Below are positions 17,290-25,065 of a DNA stretch of 64,000 nt, in pieces. The translations under genes were made by a program, and so were the position numbers. Origin of the DNA: a virus; the IMG/VR virus record IMGVR_UViG_3300045988_060114; one strand, written 5' to 3'. Under the pieces are notes generated by a model that searched no databases, had not been told where the DNA came from, and saw nothing but the letters and a program-made list of their open reading frames with translations. Every line of letters begins with the position of its first letter. Positions within the stretch are counted from its first letter, which is position 1.

Positions 17290-17732
17290 TGGAAGTATTT
17301 ATAGGTATAATGTTGCTTTTGGCTATTATTGCTGTAATATTTATCCAGAGAATAATAAGTGTGAATCGTGAGTTAAGCGATAAGAAAGCAAAGGAAATGA
17401 TGGAAAGGCTGAGGAAAGATTGCTCTGAGCACCATTCAATATGTGTTACTATTGATGGGTGTAAAATTATGCTAAGAGAAGACTTCATAAAGAAGGAATG
17501 GAATAAGACTGGAGAAGGAGGAATGCCTATCCGTGGTCAATATGAACCAGCAGCGCATTTTTTGAGACGTGTTGACGAATATCGCAAAATGAAGGCTGAG
17601 CAGAAAAGACGTTATGATGAGGAGATGGCACGAAAGAAACAGAGTATCTTAGGTAGATGCGAAAAGGCTCCTTTATCAAAGTCCGAGTATGAAGCTGACG
17701 AAATATTAAAGAACTACAATGGAAAATTGTAA
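17286..17732 (+). CDS. N-terminally anchored membrane protein with a charged C-terminal domain
   Basis: MMEVFIGIMLLLAIIAVIFI followed by K/E/R-rich sequence. 4-nt overlap with the upstream ORF. Confidence 0.55.
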   Translation: MMEVFIGIMLLLAIIAVIFIQRIISVNRELSDKKAKEMMERLRKDCSEHHSICVTIDGCKIMLREDFIKKEWNKTGEGGMPIRGQYEPAAHFLRRVDEYRKMKAEQKRRYDEEMARKKQSILGRCEKAPLSKSEYEADEILKNYNGKL

Positions 17733-17770
17733 CTTTCAGTACTCGTGTTATTGATTTAAATGTGTGAGAT

Positions 17771-18214
17771 ATGAAAAGATTATTTTTATTATTGCTGACA
17801 CTCTTTATGATAATTGGAGTGCAGGCACAGAGACCGAGTGTTAAGGAACAAATGGAGATTAAGCAGAATTACATGAATTTCTGTAAGGACTTGAATCAAC
17901 AGTTGCCAATACAGGTGGATGATTACACAAGGTTCTATGCTGTAAGTTTCGTTAATTGGACTCTGACTGCGTATTATCAGCTTGATGTAGATTCTGATGA
18001 TTTTTCAGAGAATGAACTGATAGAACTTCATGGCGAGTTGCGTTCTGCATTCAAGGAGTCTGCTAGAAGAATGTTCGCTAGTGGCAATTATGATTTGAAA
18101 CGTGATGAATGGAAATGGTTTATGAGGGGCACAGGAATGAAGTTTAGGGCAAATTATAAAGATGCTTACGACAGACCGATGCTTAATATTACTTTAGATT
18201 ATTCTGATTTCTAA
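17771..18214 (+). CDS. secreted protein (signal peptide)
   Basis: MKRLFLLLLTLFMIIGVQAQ is a signal-peptide-like N-terminus. Confidence 0.6.
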   Translation: MKRLFLLLLTLFMIIGVQAQRPSVKEQMEIKQNYMNFCKDLNQQLPIQVDDYTRFYAVSFVNWTLTAYYQLDVDSDDFSENELIELHGELRSAFKESARRMFASGNYDLKRDEWKWFMRGTGMKFRANYKDAYDRPMLNITLDYSDF

Positions 18215-18266
18215 TCATCTAAATTTCCTAACTAGGAAAAAATATTTTCCCAACTAGAAAAGAAAA

Positions 18267-18668
18267 ATGGCAGATGTAACTAACGAACAGAAGCTGTATG
18301 TGCTGCTGAAATATAAGAAAGAGCGAACAAAGAAGGAAGAGAAGATTCTTTCTATATTAAATGAGAAAGCAAATCTAGGCTCTTCTGATTTAGAGGAAGC
18401 GGACAAAGAATGCTGCAATCAAAAATGGCTGAGTCCAATTCACGTAGTAGAAGAATTGGGGTATACAACAAAGTACTCCCATAGAATAGAACTATCTGAG
18501 TCTGGTAAATCTCAGATAGAAAAGTTCTGGAGAGAATCTAAGTATAACCCTGAAAATGTTTGGAAATCTAGAGTTGTCAAATGGTCTTCTGTTGTCACAG
18601 CTATAATCACGTTAATATATTTCCTAGCGTGGTTATGCCAATTAGTACAAAAGCCAGTAGAACAATGA
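18267..18668 (+). CDS. C-terminally anchored membrane protein
   Basis: Soluble N-terminal part followed by VVTAIITLIYFLAWLCQLV. Confidence 0.55.
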   Translation: MADVTNEQKLYVLLKYKKERTKKEEKILSILNEKANLGSSDLEEADKECCNQKWLSPIHVVEELGYTTKYSHRIELSESGKSQIEKFWRESKYNPENVWKSRVVKWSSVVTAIITLIYFLAWLCQLVQKPVEQ

Positions 18669-18797
18669 TGATGTTCAATAATATCTTTATATATCTTATG
18701 TCTTCTTTCATAAGCCAATAATTTAAAAGTTTATGAGGCAAAATTACGCTTTTCTCCTGAGAATCAGAAACAAATTACATAGTTTAACTTTTAATCT

Positions 18798-18834
18798 TTG
18801 CAAAGTTTGCAGCAAACGTTGCAAACCTTGCAAA
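18798..18834. repeat. array of TTGCAAA-type sites, including the palindrome CTTTGCAAAG
   Basis: TTGCAAA at 18798, 18819 and 18828, plus TTGCA/GCAAA at 18807-18816. Confidence 0.7.
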
Positions 18835-18845
18835 GACTAAGAGTT

Positions 18846-18876
18846 GGTACGGAGAGGGTACGGAGTTGGTACGGAG
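18846..18876. repeat. 3 x GGTACGGAG direct repeats at 11-bp phasing
   Basis: Copies at 18846-18854, 18857-18865 and 18868-18876, abutting the integrase stop codon. Confidence 0.8.
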
Positions 18877-18881
18877 CGGGT

Positions 18882-20045
18882 CTAGTCCTTGTCGAAGAAC
18901 TTATCAATGAGTCCCATTGCATCATTCTTCTTCTTATCTATAATCTTGGCATAAATCTCGGTGGTGGCGATTCTTGTATGCCCCATCAACTTACTGGTGG
19001 TGTAGATGTCTGCACCCAGTGTAAGCATCATGGTTCCAAAGGTGTGCCTTGCAGTATGGAAGGTAATGTCCTTCTTGATACCAGCGTTCGCTGCCCAAAC
19101 CTTGATATGAGTGAGAACCGTCTGTTCGCATCCCGTACCATTGAAGATGAACTCGTTTCCGCCCTGCTCAGGCAACCATTCTATAGCCTTGCCTGACAGA
19201 TTGTATGAAACCATCTTGTTGGTCTTCTTCTGTATAATAGATAGATGCCATGACTTAGTTCCATCCTCATTGGTTACTTCCCTGATGTCTGACCATTTCA
19301 GTCTCCTGATGTCGGAGATACGCAAACCACAAAAGCAGGAGAACATGAATGCCTGCTTGATAACTGGAACCTTGCATTCTGTTTCAGCCAGTTTCTTCAC
19401 CTCCTCAATATCCAAGAAAACCCTGCTGGTTTCGGGTTTCTTCGGCTTCTCTCGCTTATCCACCTCGCTGAATGGATTCTTGTATATCATCCCACCTTTC
19501 ACGGCTCTGCTGAGCATTTCATTGAGGTGATTGCAATACATAATCTTGGTGTAGCTGGAAAGCGGCTCTCCATTGCTCTTCTTGGTGTTGTTCAGGAACT
19601 CAATGAATCCCACACAATACTTCTTGTCAATACTGGATAGCTTGATATTATCTCCCTTGTAGGCGATGAGTTGCTTTCGGGCGCATTCTATCTGCGCTGC
19701 AATTCTGCTTGGAGACTGCGATGTCTTCATCTTATAAGTCTTGAAGTTGTCTATCCAGTCCATGAGCTTCATCTTGCTCTTGACGGACATGATACCTGAA
19801 ATGCTGTTCTTGATGTCCAGTACTCTCTGAGCCTTGATAACATTGGCGGTAGCCATTGTTTCTGCATTCTTTCTTCTTGCCTCTGCCTTACCTCTACCCA
19901 CCTCTGGTACGATGTAGAGTTTCAGAAACTCATAGGTTCTCTTGCCATCCTTGTAGATGTCTAGATAGACACTCTTGTTTCCGTTGGCAAGTTCCTTGAA
20001 TCTGATAGTGACAGGTTCTTTTTCGATTGTTTTCTTCCTTCCCAT
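18882..20045 (-). CDS. int: tyrosine recombinase / phage integrase (start trimmed to MGRKKTIEKEPV)
   Basis: C-terminal HTARHTFGTMMLTLGADIYTTSKLMGHTRIATTEIYAKI (R..H-x-x-R...H...Y) plus CGLRISD. Bacteroides-type SAM-like N-terminal domain. Confidence 0.9.
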   Translation of the reverse strand: MGRKKTIEKEPVTIRFKELANGNKSVYLDIYKDGKRTYEFLKLYIVPEVGRGKAEARRKNAETMATANVIKAQRVLDIKNSISGIMSVKSKMKLMDWIDNFKTYKMKTSQSPSRIAAQIECARKQLIAYKGDNIKLSSIDKKYCVGFIEFLNNTKKSNGEPLSSYTKIMYCNHLNEMLSRAVKGGMIYKNPFSEVDKREKPKKPETSRVFLDIEEVKKLAETECKVPVIKQAFMFSCFCGLRISDIRRLKWSDIREVTNEDGTKSWHLSIIQKKTNKMVSYNLSGKAIEWLPEQGGNEFIFNGTGCEQTVLTHIKVWAANAGIKKDITFHTARHTFGTMMLTLGADIYTTSKLMGHTRIATTEIYAKIIDKKKNDAMGLIDKFFDKD

Positions 20046-20070
20046 AAGCCTTTCTTTTATAAATCTGCTG

Positions 20071-20078
20071 CAAAGATA
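20071..20078 (-). promoter_or_regulatory. candidate -7 box (TATCTTTG) for int
   Basis: Reverse complement of caaagata, about 25 nt upstream of the ATG at 20045. Confidence 0.4.
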
Positions 20079-20090
20079 AGCATTTTTTTT

Positions 20091-20510
20091 GTTACTCGCA
20101 AGTTTTGGGTAACAAAATAGTAACAAAACTAACACGTATCTGATGTATAGGTAATGTATATCTAGCTTTCGGAAAATTAATTTTCCGAAAAGGCAAAGTG
20201 CTGATAACTAAAAGTTTAGATATACATTTGATATACATTAGGTAACAGATGGGTTAAGGTGTGCTATTTACTATCTTTATTATTCCAATATGGTTTATTC
20301 TGTCAGTTAAATATCTGATTTGTAGGTGGTTGTGAGTTTCTTTGTTTTTAGCGAGTAACAAAATAGCAACAATGAAGTGTTAATCTTTGCAAAGTAACTA
20401 ACTTGCCCACAACAAAGATAAGAATTAAATCTTATTCACAATTAATTTTCAAAAAGACTTTAACTTAGATTAACATTGTGTTATTTCGTATATCTAATGT
20501 ATATCTATTT
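20091..20510. repeat. repeat-rich non-coding region upstream of int (attP/arm-site candidate)
   Basis: AATGTATATCTA at 20153-20164 and 20496-20507, and inverted at 20217-20228. Perfect 20-nt palindrome TCGGAAAATTAATTTTCCGA at 20169-20188. GTAACAAAATAG(T/C)AACAA at 20109-20126 and 20355-20372. GTTACTCGC (20091) is inverted relative to GCGAGTAAC (20351). The 16-mer TTAATCTTTGCAAAGT at 20380-20395 is also present at 18791-18806. Confidence 0.6.
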
Positions 20511-20552
20511 CCCTAAAAATCCAATTTCATTTACATTCAACACTTTTTAGCA

Positions 20553-20584
20553 TTTGGTGGTTTCAGAAAAAGCTTCTATCTTTG
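20553..20584 (+). promoter_or_regulatory. Bacteroides-type promoter TTTG-N20-TATCTTTG
   Basis: TTTG at 20553-20556 and TATCTTTG at 20577-20584. Confidence 0.5.
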
Positions 20585-20589
20585 CATCG

Positions 20590-20697
20590 TCAAAGTTGCG
20601 ATTGACACATACAGATTTGTCCTCCTTTAAGGCTTTAAGCCTACGAGATATGGAATCCCTTGGTTAGCGCAACATGACCTTGGGATTCCTCTTTTTT
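20590..20697 (+). ncRNA. candidate small RNA of about 100 nt (promoter to terminator, no credible ORF)
   Basis: Bounded by the promoter above and the terminator hairpin below. The only in-frame peptides are trivial (MESLG). Confidence 0.35.
20652..20697 (+). terminator. rho-independent terminator
   Basis: GGAATCCC(TT)GG-N14-CC(TT)GGGATTCC hairpin at 20652-20689, followed by TCTTTTTT. Confidence 0.55.
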
Positions 20698-21045
20698 ATC
20701 CCAGAGTTTTTGACAAGACATACGAGGTTCAATCCGTGCAGTCCTCTTCGGAGTTATCGACCGATATATAAAACTGCTCAGTCTAGTAGAATATATCCAT
20801 GTAGGTAAACCCTGCTCTGTCCCATCCATTGACAACAGGTGCCCATCTGCCGAAAGGCACTACCCCTACATAGATGAATCAAACAAAGTGGGTAACTTTG
20901 TTCTATGTAGGCTTTGGTAGGGAATAATCTACTGCTTATAGTAGTTGATAATTAAATAAAGATTTTCCTTGCTGCTGCCCTCTCCCTTTGGGGATGGGTA
21001 AAGAATGGATAGTATATATAGTTGAACAAGTAAAAATTTTGGCTT

Positions 21046-21426
21046 ATGGAACTGGATATGTTGATTAGAGATGCCCTGAGCGATGCCAAGTGGTTAATTG
21101 CGAAGGGTGGGACGGATAGGGCAGAAGTCCTGAATCGTGTGATGGGTAAGATTGATGATGTCCTGAAAGAACTGGATGGGGCAGACCTCATTGACCTCAA
21201 CAAGGTATGGCATCAAACGAAAGATGTTATGCCGACAAGTGCTTATGGCGGCAATCATGGTGGCTTGCTGTGTGTGCATCAGTTCAAGCCTAATTTCTAT
21301 CCTCACATTACTCATGAAGAGTACTGCCCTGAGTTTGAGGAGTACCTTAAAGCGAGTCCGTATGACTGGTGGTGTAGAACTGGTGATTTGTTGAAGAAGG
21401 AACATCGTGAACTTTATTGGAGATAG
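21046..21426 (+). CDS. hypothetical protein (126 aa)
   Basis: First ORF of a small plus-strand operon. Confidence 0.55.
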   Translation: MELDMLIRDALSDAKWLIAKGGTDRAEVLNRVMGKIDDVLKELDGADLIDLNKVWHQTKDVMPTSAYGGNHGGLLCVHQFKPNFYPHITHEEYCPEFEEYLKASPYDWWCRTGDLLKKEHRELYWR

Positions 21427-21448
21427 ATATTAATTTAAATTTAAGATT

Positions 21449-21820
21449 ATGAGTGAATTATATTGGTTAGGTGTTTTGGGCAACTTACATGCTTGTGGTG
21501 AAGTTGTTGTTTTTTTATCTATTTTAGTGTTACTTGGTTTTGGTATCTGGACGATTACGTTCGGTTCTGATTATGAAGAACCTTTTAAAATGATAAAAAG
21601 AAAGGTTAAGTGTTCTATATATGCTTTGGTTTTTGGTGCAACTATTTGTGTATTCATCCCTTCCACAAAGAGTCTGCTTATCATTTATGGAGTAGGTGGC
21701 ACTATTGATTATCTCAAAGAAAACAAGGATGCTAATAAGATTCCTGATAAGTGCATTAAGGCTCTTGACAAGTATCTTGATGATGCGTTGAAGGAAGATA
21801 AAAATAAGGAAAATAATTAA
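21449..21820 (+). CDS. membrane protein (2-3 TM)
   Basis: VVVFLSILVLLGFGIWTITF and IYALVFGATICVFIP hydrophobic segments. Confidence 0.55.
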   Translation: MSELYWLGVLGNLHACGEVVVFLSILVLLGFGIWTITFGSDYEEPFKMIKRKVKCSIYALVFGATICVFIPSTKSLLIIYGVGGTIDYLKENKDANKIPDKCIKALDKYLDDALKEDKNKENN

Positions 21821-21836
21821 TTTAAATTGTTTAATT

Positions 21837-22328
21837 ATGGGTGAAAATTTATGTAGTATGCCAAAATATATTGGCACGAAAGTAGTTCAGGCAAAGCCTA
21901 TGCCTTTAAAAGATGCACAGTATGTGCTAGGTAGAGAAATTAAGCCCGCAACCGATGAGGAAGATGGTTATCTTGTAGTTTATAATGATGGTTATCGCTC
22001 ATGGTCTCCTAAGAGTGTATTTGAAGAAGCTTACCATGTGCTTAGTGCTATGAACTTCGGTAATGCAATTAGTGTTTTGAAGTCTGGTTTTCCTGTAAGA
22101 AGAGCAAATTGGAGCGGAAACAAATTCCTTTACTTTGTTCCATCGGCAAGCTATTCTGCTATGACAGATATAGCAAAGTCTATAGCTGATGAAGATGGAA
22201 TGGTTCTTTACAAACCGTATATTGCCATTCGGTGCGAAGATGGCAGTGTCGGTTTCTATACTCCAACTCAATGCGATGTCTTAGCTGAGGACTGGGAGGT
22301 TGTAGAAGAAAAGTTCTATGGTAAGTAA
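21837..22328 (+). CDS. DUF2829-domain protein (family of the anti-Thoeris sponge Tad2) with an N-terminal extension
   Basis: AISVLKSGFPVRRANWSGNKFLYF...YIAIRCEDGSVGFYTPTQCDVLAEDWEVV matches the DUF2829 pattern (G..vrR..W ... p...D.lAeDWe). Confidence 0.65.
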   Translation: MGENLCSMPKYIGTKVVQAKPMPLKDAQYVLGREIKPATDEEDGYLVVYNDGYRSWSPKSVFEEAYHVLSAMNFGNAISVLKSGFPVRRANWSGNKFLYFVPSASYSAMTDIAKSIADEDGMVLYKPYIAIRCEDGSVGFYTPTQCDVLAEDWEVVEEKFYGK

Positions 22329-22596
22329 ATCTGCTGAATACTACAGAAATCATCCAGCAGCTAGGGAGCGGAAAAAGCGTTATGATACTCGCTTCGAGTC
22401 TTCCCCTGCTCAGAAGGCTAAGCGTAGGGAATTGGCTCGGCATAACGCTGCTCACGATAAAAAGTATGGGGCAGTTTCTCGCAAGGGTATGGACGCTAGC
22501 CACACGAAATCAGGAATTAGGTATAAGCCATCATCGGTGAATCGAGGTTCCAAGACGGATATGGCTGGGGATAGAAGAGCGAGAGGTGGTCGCTGA
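22318..22596 (+). CDS. hypothetical highly basic protein (92 aa)
   Basis: ORF overlapping the upstream stop. Confidence 0.5.
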   Translation: MVSKSAEYYRNHPAARERKKRYDTRFESSPAQKAKRRELARHNAAHDKKYGAVSRKGMDASHTKSGIRYKPSSVNRGSKTDMAGDRRARGGR

Positions 22597-22609
22597 TAGT
22601 GAATAAAAG

Positions 22610-22640
22610 AATAGGGAGTGCTCACGCATTCCCTATTTTG
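22610..22640 (+). terminator. rho-independent terminator (possibly bidirectional)
   Basis: AATAGGGAGTGC-TCAC-GCATTCCCTATT (14-bp stem with one G-U) followed by TTTG. Lies between convergent genes. Confidence 0.6.
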
Positions 22641-22722
22641 TTATCCTAACAATCTTAAAACCTATAAACTAAAAAAAACTATGAAAAAAACAATCGTTCT
22701 TCTTAATTATGATAAATTCAAT

Positions 22723-23031
22723 TTAACCTTCCTCTTCTGACATCTGTCTTAACTTCTCGGTGAGTGCATTGTGAACCTCACGCTTATCGTCAAGAGTGAC
22801 GGTCTGTAACTTAGGACAATTAAACTCCAGTATCTTGATAAAGGTTGATACCTTATCCTTAGGCTCGCACTTATACCAAGCTTCCATGAAATCATCCCAA
22901 GCCTCTCTGGAAAAATCGGCACAGAGTTCACGAAACTCCTTCTTGATAGGAGATTCATATCCCTTCTGCTTTCCTCCTGTTTTTGCTCGACCTTTCTCGA
23001 ACTGACCTCTAGAATTTCTTTCTGTTGCCAT
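22723..23031 (-). CDS. hypothetical protein (102 aa) with a basic N-terminus (SRGQFEKGRAKTGGKQKG)
   Basis: ORF driven by composite promoter P1. Confidence 0.6.
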   Translation of the reverse strand: MATERNSRGQFEKGRAKTGGKQKGYESPIKKEFRELCADFSREAWDDFMEAWYKCEPKDKVSTFIKILEFNCPKLQTVTLDDKREVHNALTEKLRQMSEEEG

Positions 23032-23054
23032 ATTTTTTCTGTCTATTAATGCCG

Positions 23055-23097
23055 CAAAGGTACTAATTATTATTTATATTCGAGTTTTATCCGTTAA
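23055..23097 (-). promoter_or_regulatory. phage composite promoter P1: TTAACGGATAAA-N23-TACCTTTG
   Basis: Minus-strand 12-mer at 23086-23097 and -7 box at 23055-23062, with an exact 23-nt gap. Confidence 0.65.
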
Positions 23098-23120
23098 TAA
23101 TTGAATCAGAAGCACGAGTA

Positions 23121-23163
23121 TTAACGGATAAAATATGATTTTCGGCTAGTATTATTAACTTTG
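23121..23163 (+). promoter_or_regulatory. phage composite promoter P2: TTAACGGATAAA-N23-TAACTTTG
   Basis: 12-mer at 23121-23132 and -7 box at 23156-23163, with a 23-nt gap. The ATG at 23194 is 30 nt downstream. Confidence 0.65.
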
Positions 23164-23193
23164 CCACATTATTAATAATTAAAATACATATAT

Positions 23194-23862
23194 ATGTTAG
23201 GAGCGTTAATTGGGGCAGGTCTTGGACTTGCAAGCAGTATCGCTGGTGGTGTAGCTAACCGCAAGGCGAGACGTAAGCAGGAGCAGATGATAGCCCAGCA
23301 ACAGAAAGAAAATCAGGCATGGTATGATAGAAAGTATAATGAAGACCCTACCAAACGTGCCGATACCGTTCGATTGCTCACTCAAATGCAGGAGCAAATC
23401 AAGAACAGAAACAAGGCTGCGAAGGGTAGACAAGCGGTGATGGGTGGTACAGAAGACTCCACTACTGCTGTGAAGGAGGCGAACAACAAGACTCTTGCTG
23501 ATACCACCTCACAGATTGTAGCTGCAAATGATGCCCGAAAGGATAACATCGAGCAGCAGTATATGAACAGAAAGAACCAGTTACAGAACCAGCAGATGGG
23601 TATTGAAGCTGAGAAGGCTGCTGATACTGCCAATGCGGTTGCTGGTGTGGCTGGTACTGCTGCCAATATCGCTGCAACTATTGATAGTGGTGTTGGAGCA
23701 AAGAAGGCTCCGAACATGAATGTGACTCAGGAGCAGTTGGATGGTATCGCCAAGAATCCAAATGATGTTCTTGGCTTGAAGGCTAAAACTACTAGGTTGC
23801 CATCGCAAGGTGAACTGAATAGCCTTGGAGTGAAATTGCAAGAACAGAAAGTTAAAGCATAG
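23194..23862 (+). CDS. glycine-zipper / coiled-coil protein (222 aa)
   Basis: MLGALIGAGLGLASSIAGGVA N-terminus, then Q/K/A-rich sequence. Confidence 0.65.
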   Translation: MLGALIGAGLGLASSIAGGVANRKARRKQEQMIAQQQKENQAWYDRKYNEDPTKRADTVRLLTQMQEQIKNRNKAAKGRQAVMGGTEDSTTAVKEANNKTLADTTSQIVAANDARKDNIEQQYMNRKNQLQNQQMGIEAEKAADTANAVAGVAGTAANIAATIDSGVGAKKAPNMNVTQEQLDGIAKNPNDVLGLKAKTTRLPSQGELNSLGVKLQEQKVKA

Positions 23863-23865
23863 CCT

Positions 23866-25035
23866 ATGAAAGCATCAGATATGTTACGACACAATAATGG
23901 CTTGAAGACTACACAGAGTGTTCTCAACAAGCAGCAGAGTGGTGTGGATGCGGCACAGAAGGTGGCACAGACTCAGGCTCCAGTCTTCACCCAGCAGCAA
24001 CTTGATGCGGCTGGCAAGAAGGTTGACCAGATGAATGCTGCCACTCCTCAGAATGAAACACCTACGATGAAGGCGGCTAGAGAGAAGACTATCGCTACTC
24101 AACAAGCCATCGCCAATGGTGTAGATGTGAATCAGGGTGCGCCAAGTGATGAGGAGGATAAACCATCTGTACCTATCGTGAAGAAGGAGGAACCGAAACC
24201 TCAGCCCAAGCAGCTATCTTACGCTGATATGTATAAGATGCTGAATCCTGAGCATCAGGAGACGGCTGAGCAGAGGGCTAACAGAGAGAAGAAAGAACGT
24301 ACCAAGGCTCGTATCGCTGCCTTGGGTGATGGTCTCCGTGCGCTATCCAATATCTACTTCGCTACCAAAGGTGCAAAGGTGGTACACAATCCTGAGTCGG
24401 ATATGACTAAGGCGGTGAATAAACGCAAGGCATTTATGGATGAGCAGAGGGAAAAGAATCGGGCATCATGGCTGGCTGGGTATCAGAGGGCACTTGCTCT
24501 TGATGAGGAAGCGAGAAAGAATAACCTGACTCTAGCTGAGCAGATGAGGTATCACGATATGCAGAACGACCTCAACAAGGTGAAGGCTGAACAAGGGCAG
24601 CAGAGAATTGACCAAGGAAACAGAAGACTTGACTTGTCGAAAATGAAGTATGATACTGATGCTGATTACAAAAAGTCTATATTGGCTATCAAGAAGGCTC
24701 TGGCTGATGGGCAAATCTCTCATTGGCAAGCACAGGAGGCTATCCAGCGTATCAATGCTGAGACTGGTCGAACCCGTGCCAACAAGTCGGGTAGTAGCAG
24801 TTCAAGAAAGGGTTCTTACTCTGGAGAGGTTGATGAGTATATGGATTTGATGGAGAAAGACCCTGAGGGTATGGCTGAGGCTGCAAAGGAAGTAAAGAAA
24901 ATGGGCTACTCTCCTAAGACGGCAGCAGGAAAGAAGGCTCAGAAGATTGCTTATCAGCGTAAGCATGGTAAGACTAAACAGAACCATACATCATCCAACA
25001 ATGGTGGAAAGAAGAAGACTGGTGTAAACTGGTAA
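23866..25035 (+). CDS. Q/K-rich coiled-coil protein (389 aa)
   Basis: ORF with low-complexity charged sequence. Confidence 0.65.
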   Translation: MKASDMLRHNNGLKTTQSVLNKQQSGVDAAQKVAQTQAPVFTQQQLDAAGKKVDQMNAATPQNETPTMKAAREKTIATQQAIANGVDVNQGAPSDEEDKPSVPIVKKEEPKPQPKQLSYADMYKMLNPEHQETAEQRANREKKERTKARIAALGDGLRALSNIYFATKGAKVVHNPESDMTKAVNKRKAFMDEQREKNRASWLAGYQRALALDEEARKNNLTLAEQMRYHDMQNDLNKVKAEQGQQRIDQGNRRLDLSKMKYDTDADYKKSILAIKKALADGQISHWQAQEAIQRINAETGRTRANKSGSSSSRKGSYSGEVDEYMDLMEKDPEGMAEAAKEVKKMGYSPKTAAGKKAQKIAYQRKHGKTKQNHTSSNNGGKKKTGVNW

Positions 25036-25065
25036 CAGAATTGGTAACAAACAAATATATATATT

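Noticed and set aside
18798-19196. Plus-strand ORF (132 aa) overlapping the 3' end of the integrase gene.
   Set aside because: It is antisense to a motif-rich, clearly real integrase. It begins inside the TTGCAAA/GGTACGGAG repeat array, and its translation is featureless.
20726-20735. GGTTCAATCC, a T-loop-like sequence that suggested a tRNA or tmRNA fragment (possible att core).
   Set aside because: The flanks cannot form a 5-bp T stem (CGAGG versus CGTGC), and there is no acceptor stem or CCA. It is not a tRNA, though it may still be part of a structured RNA.
20641-21203. Minus-strand ORFs 20641..20835 and 20952..21203 in the int-proximal non-coding region.
   Set aside because: They have no promoter or start context. 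They span the terminator hairpin and the start of the 21046 operon respectively, and their sequences are S/R/P-rich and non-protein-like. The region is better explained as structured non-coding DNA or RNA.
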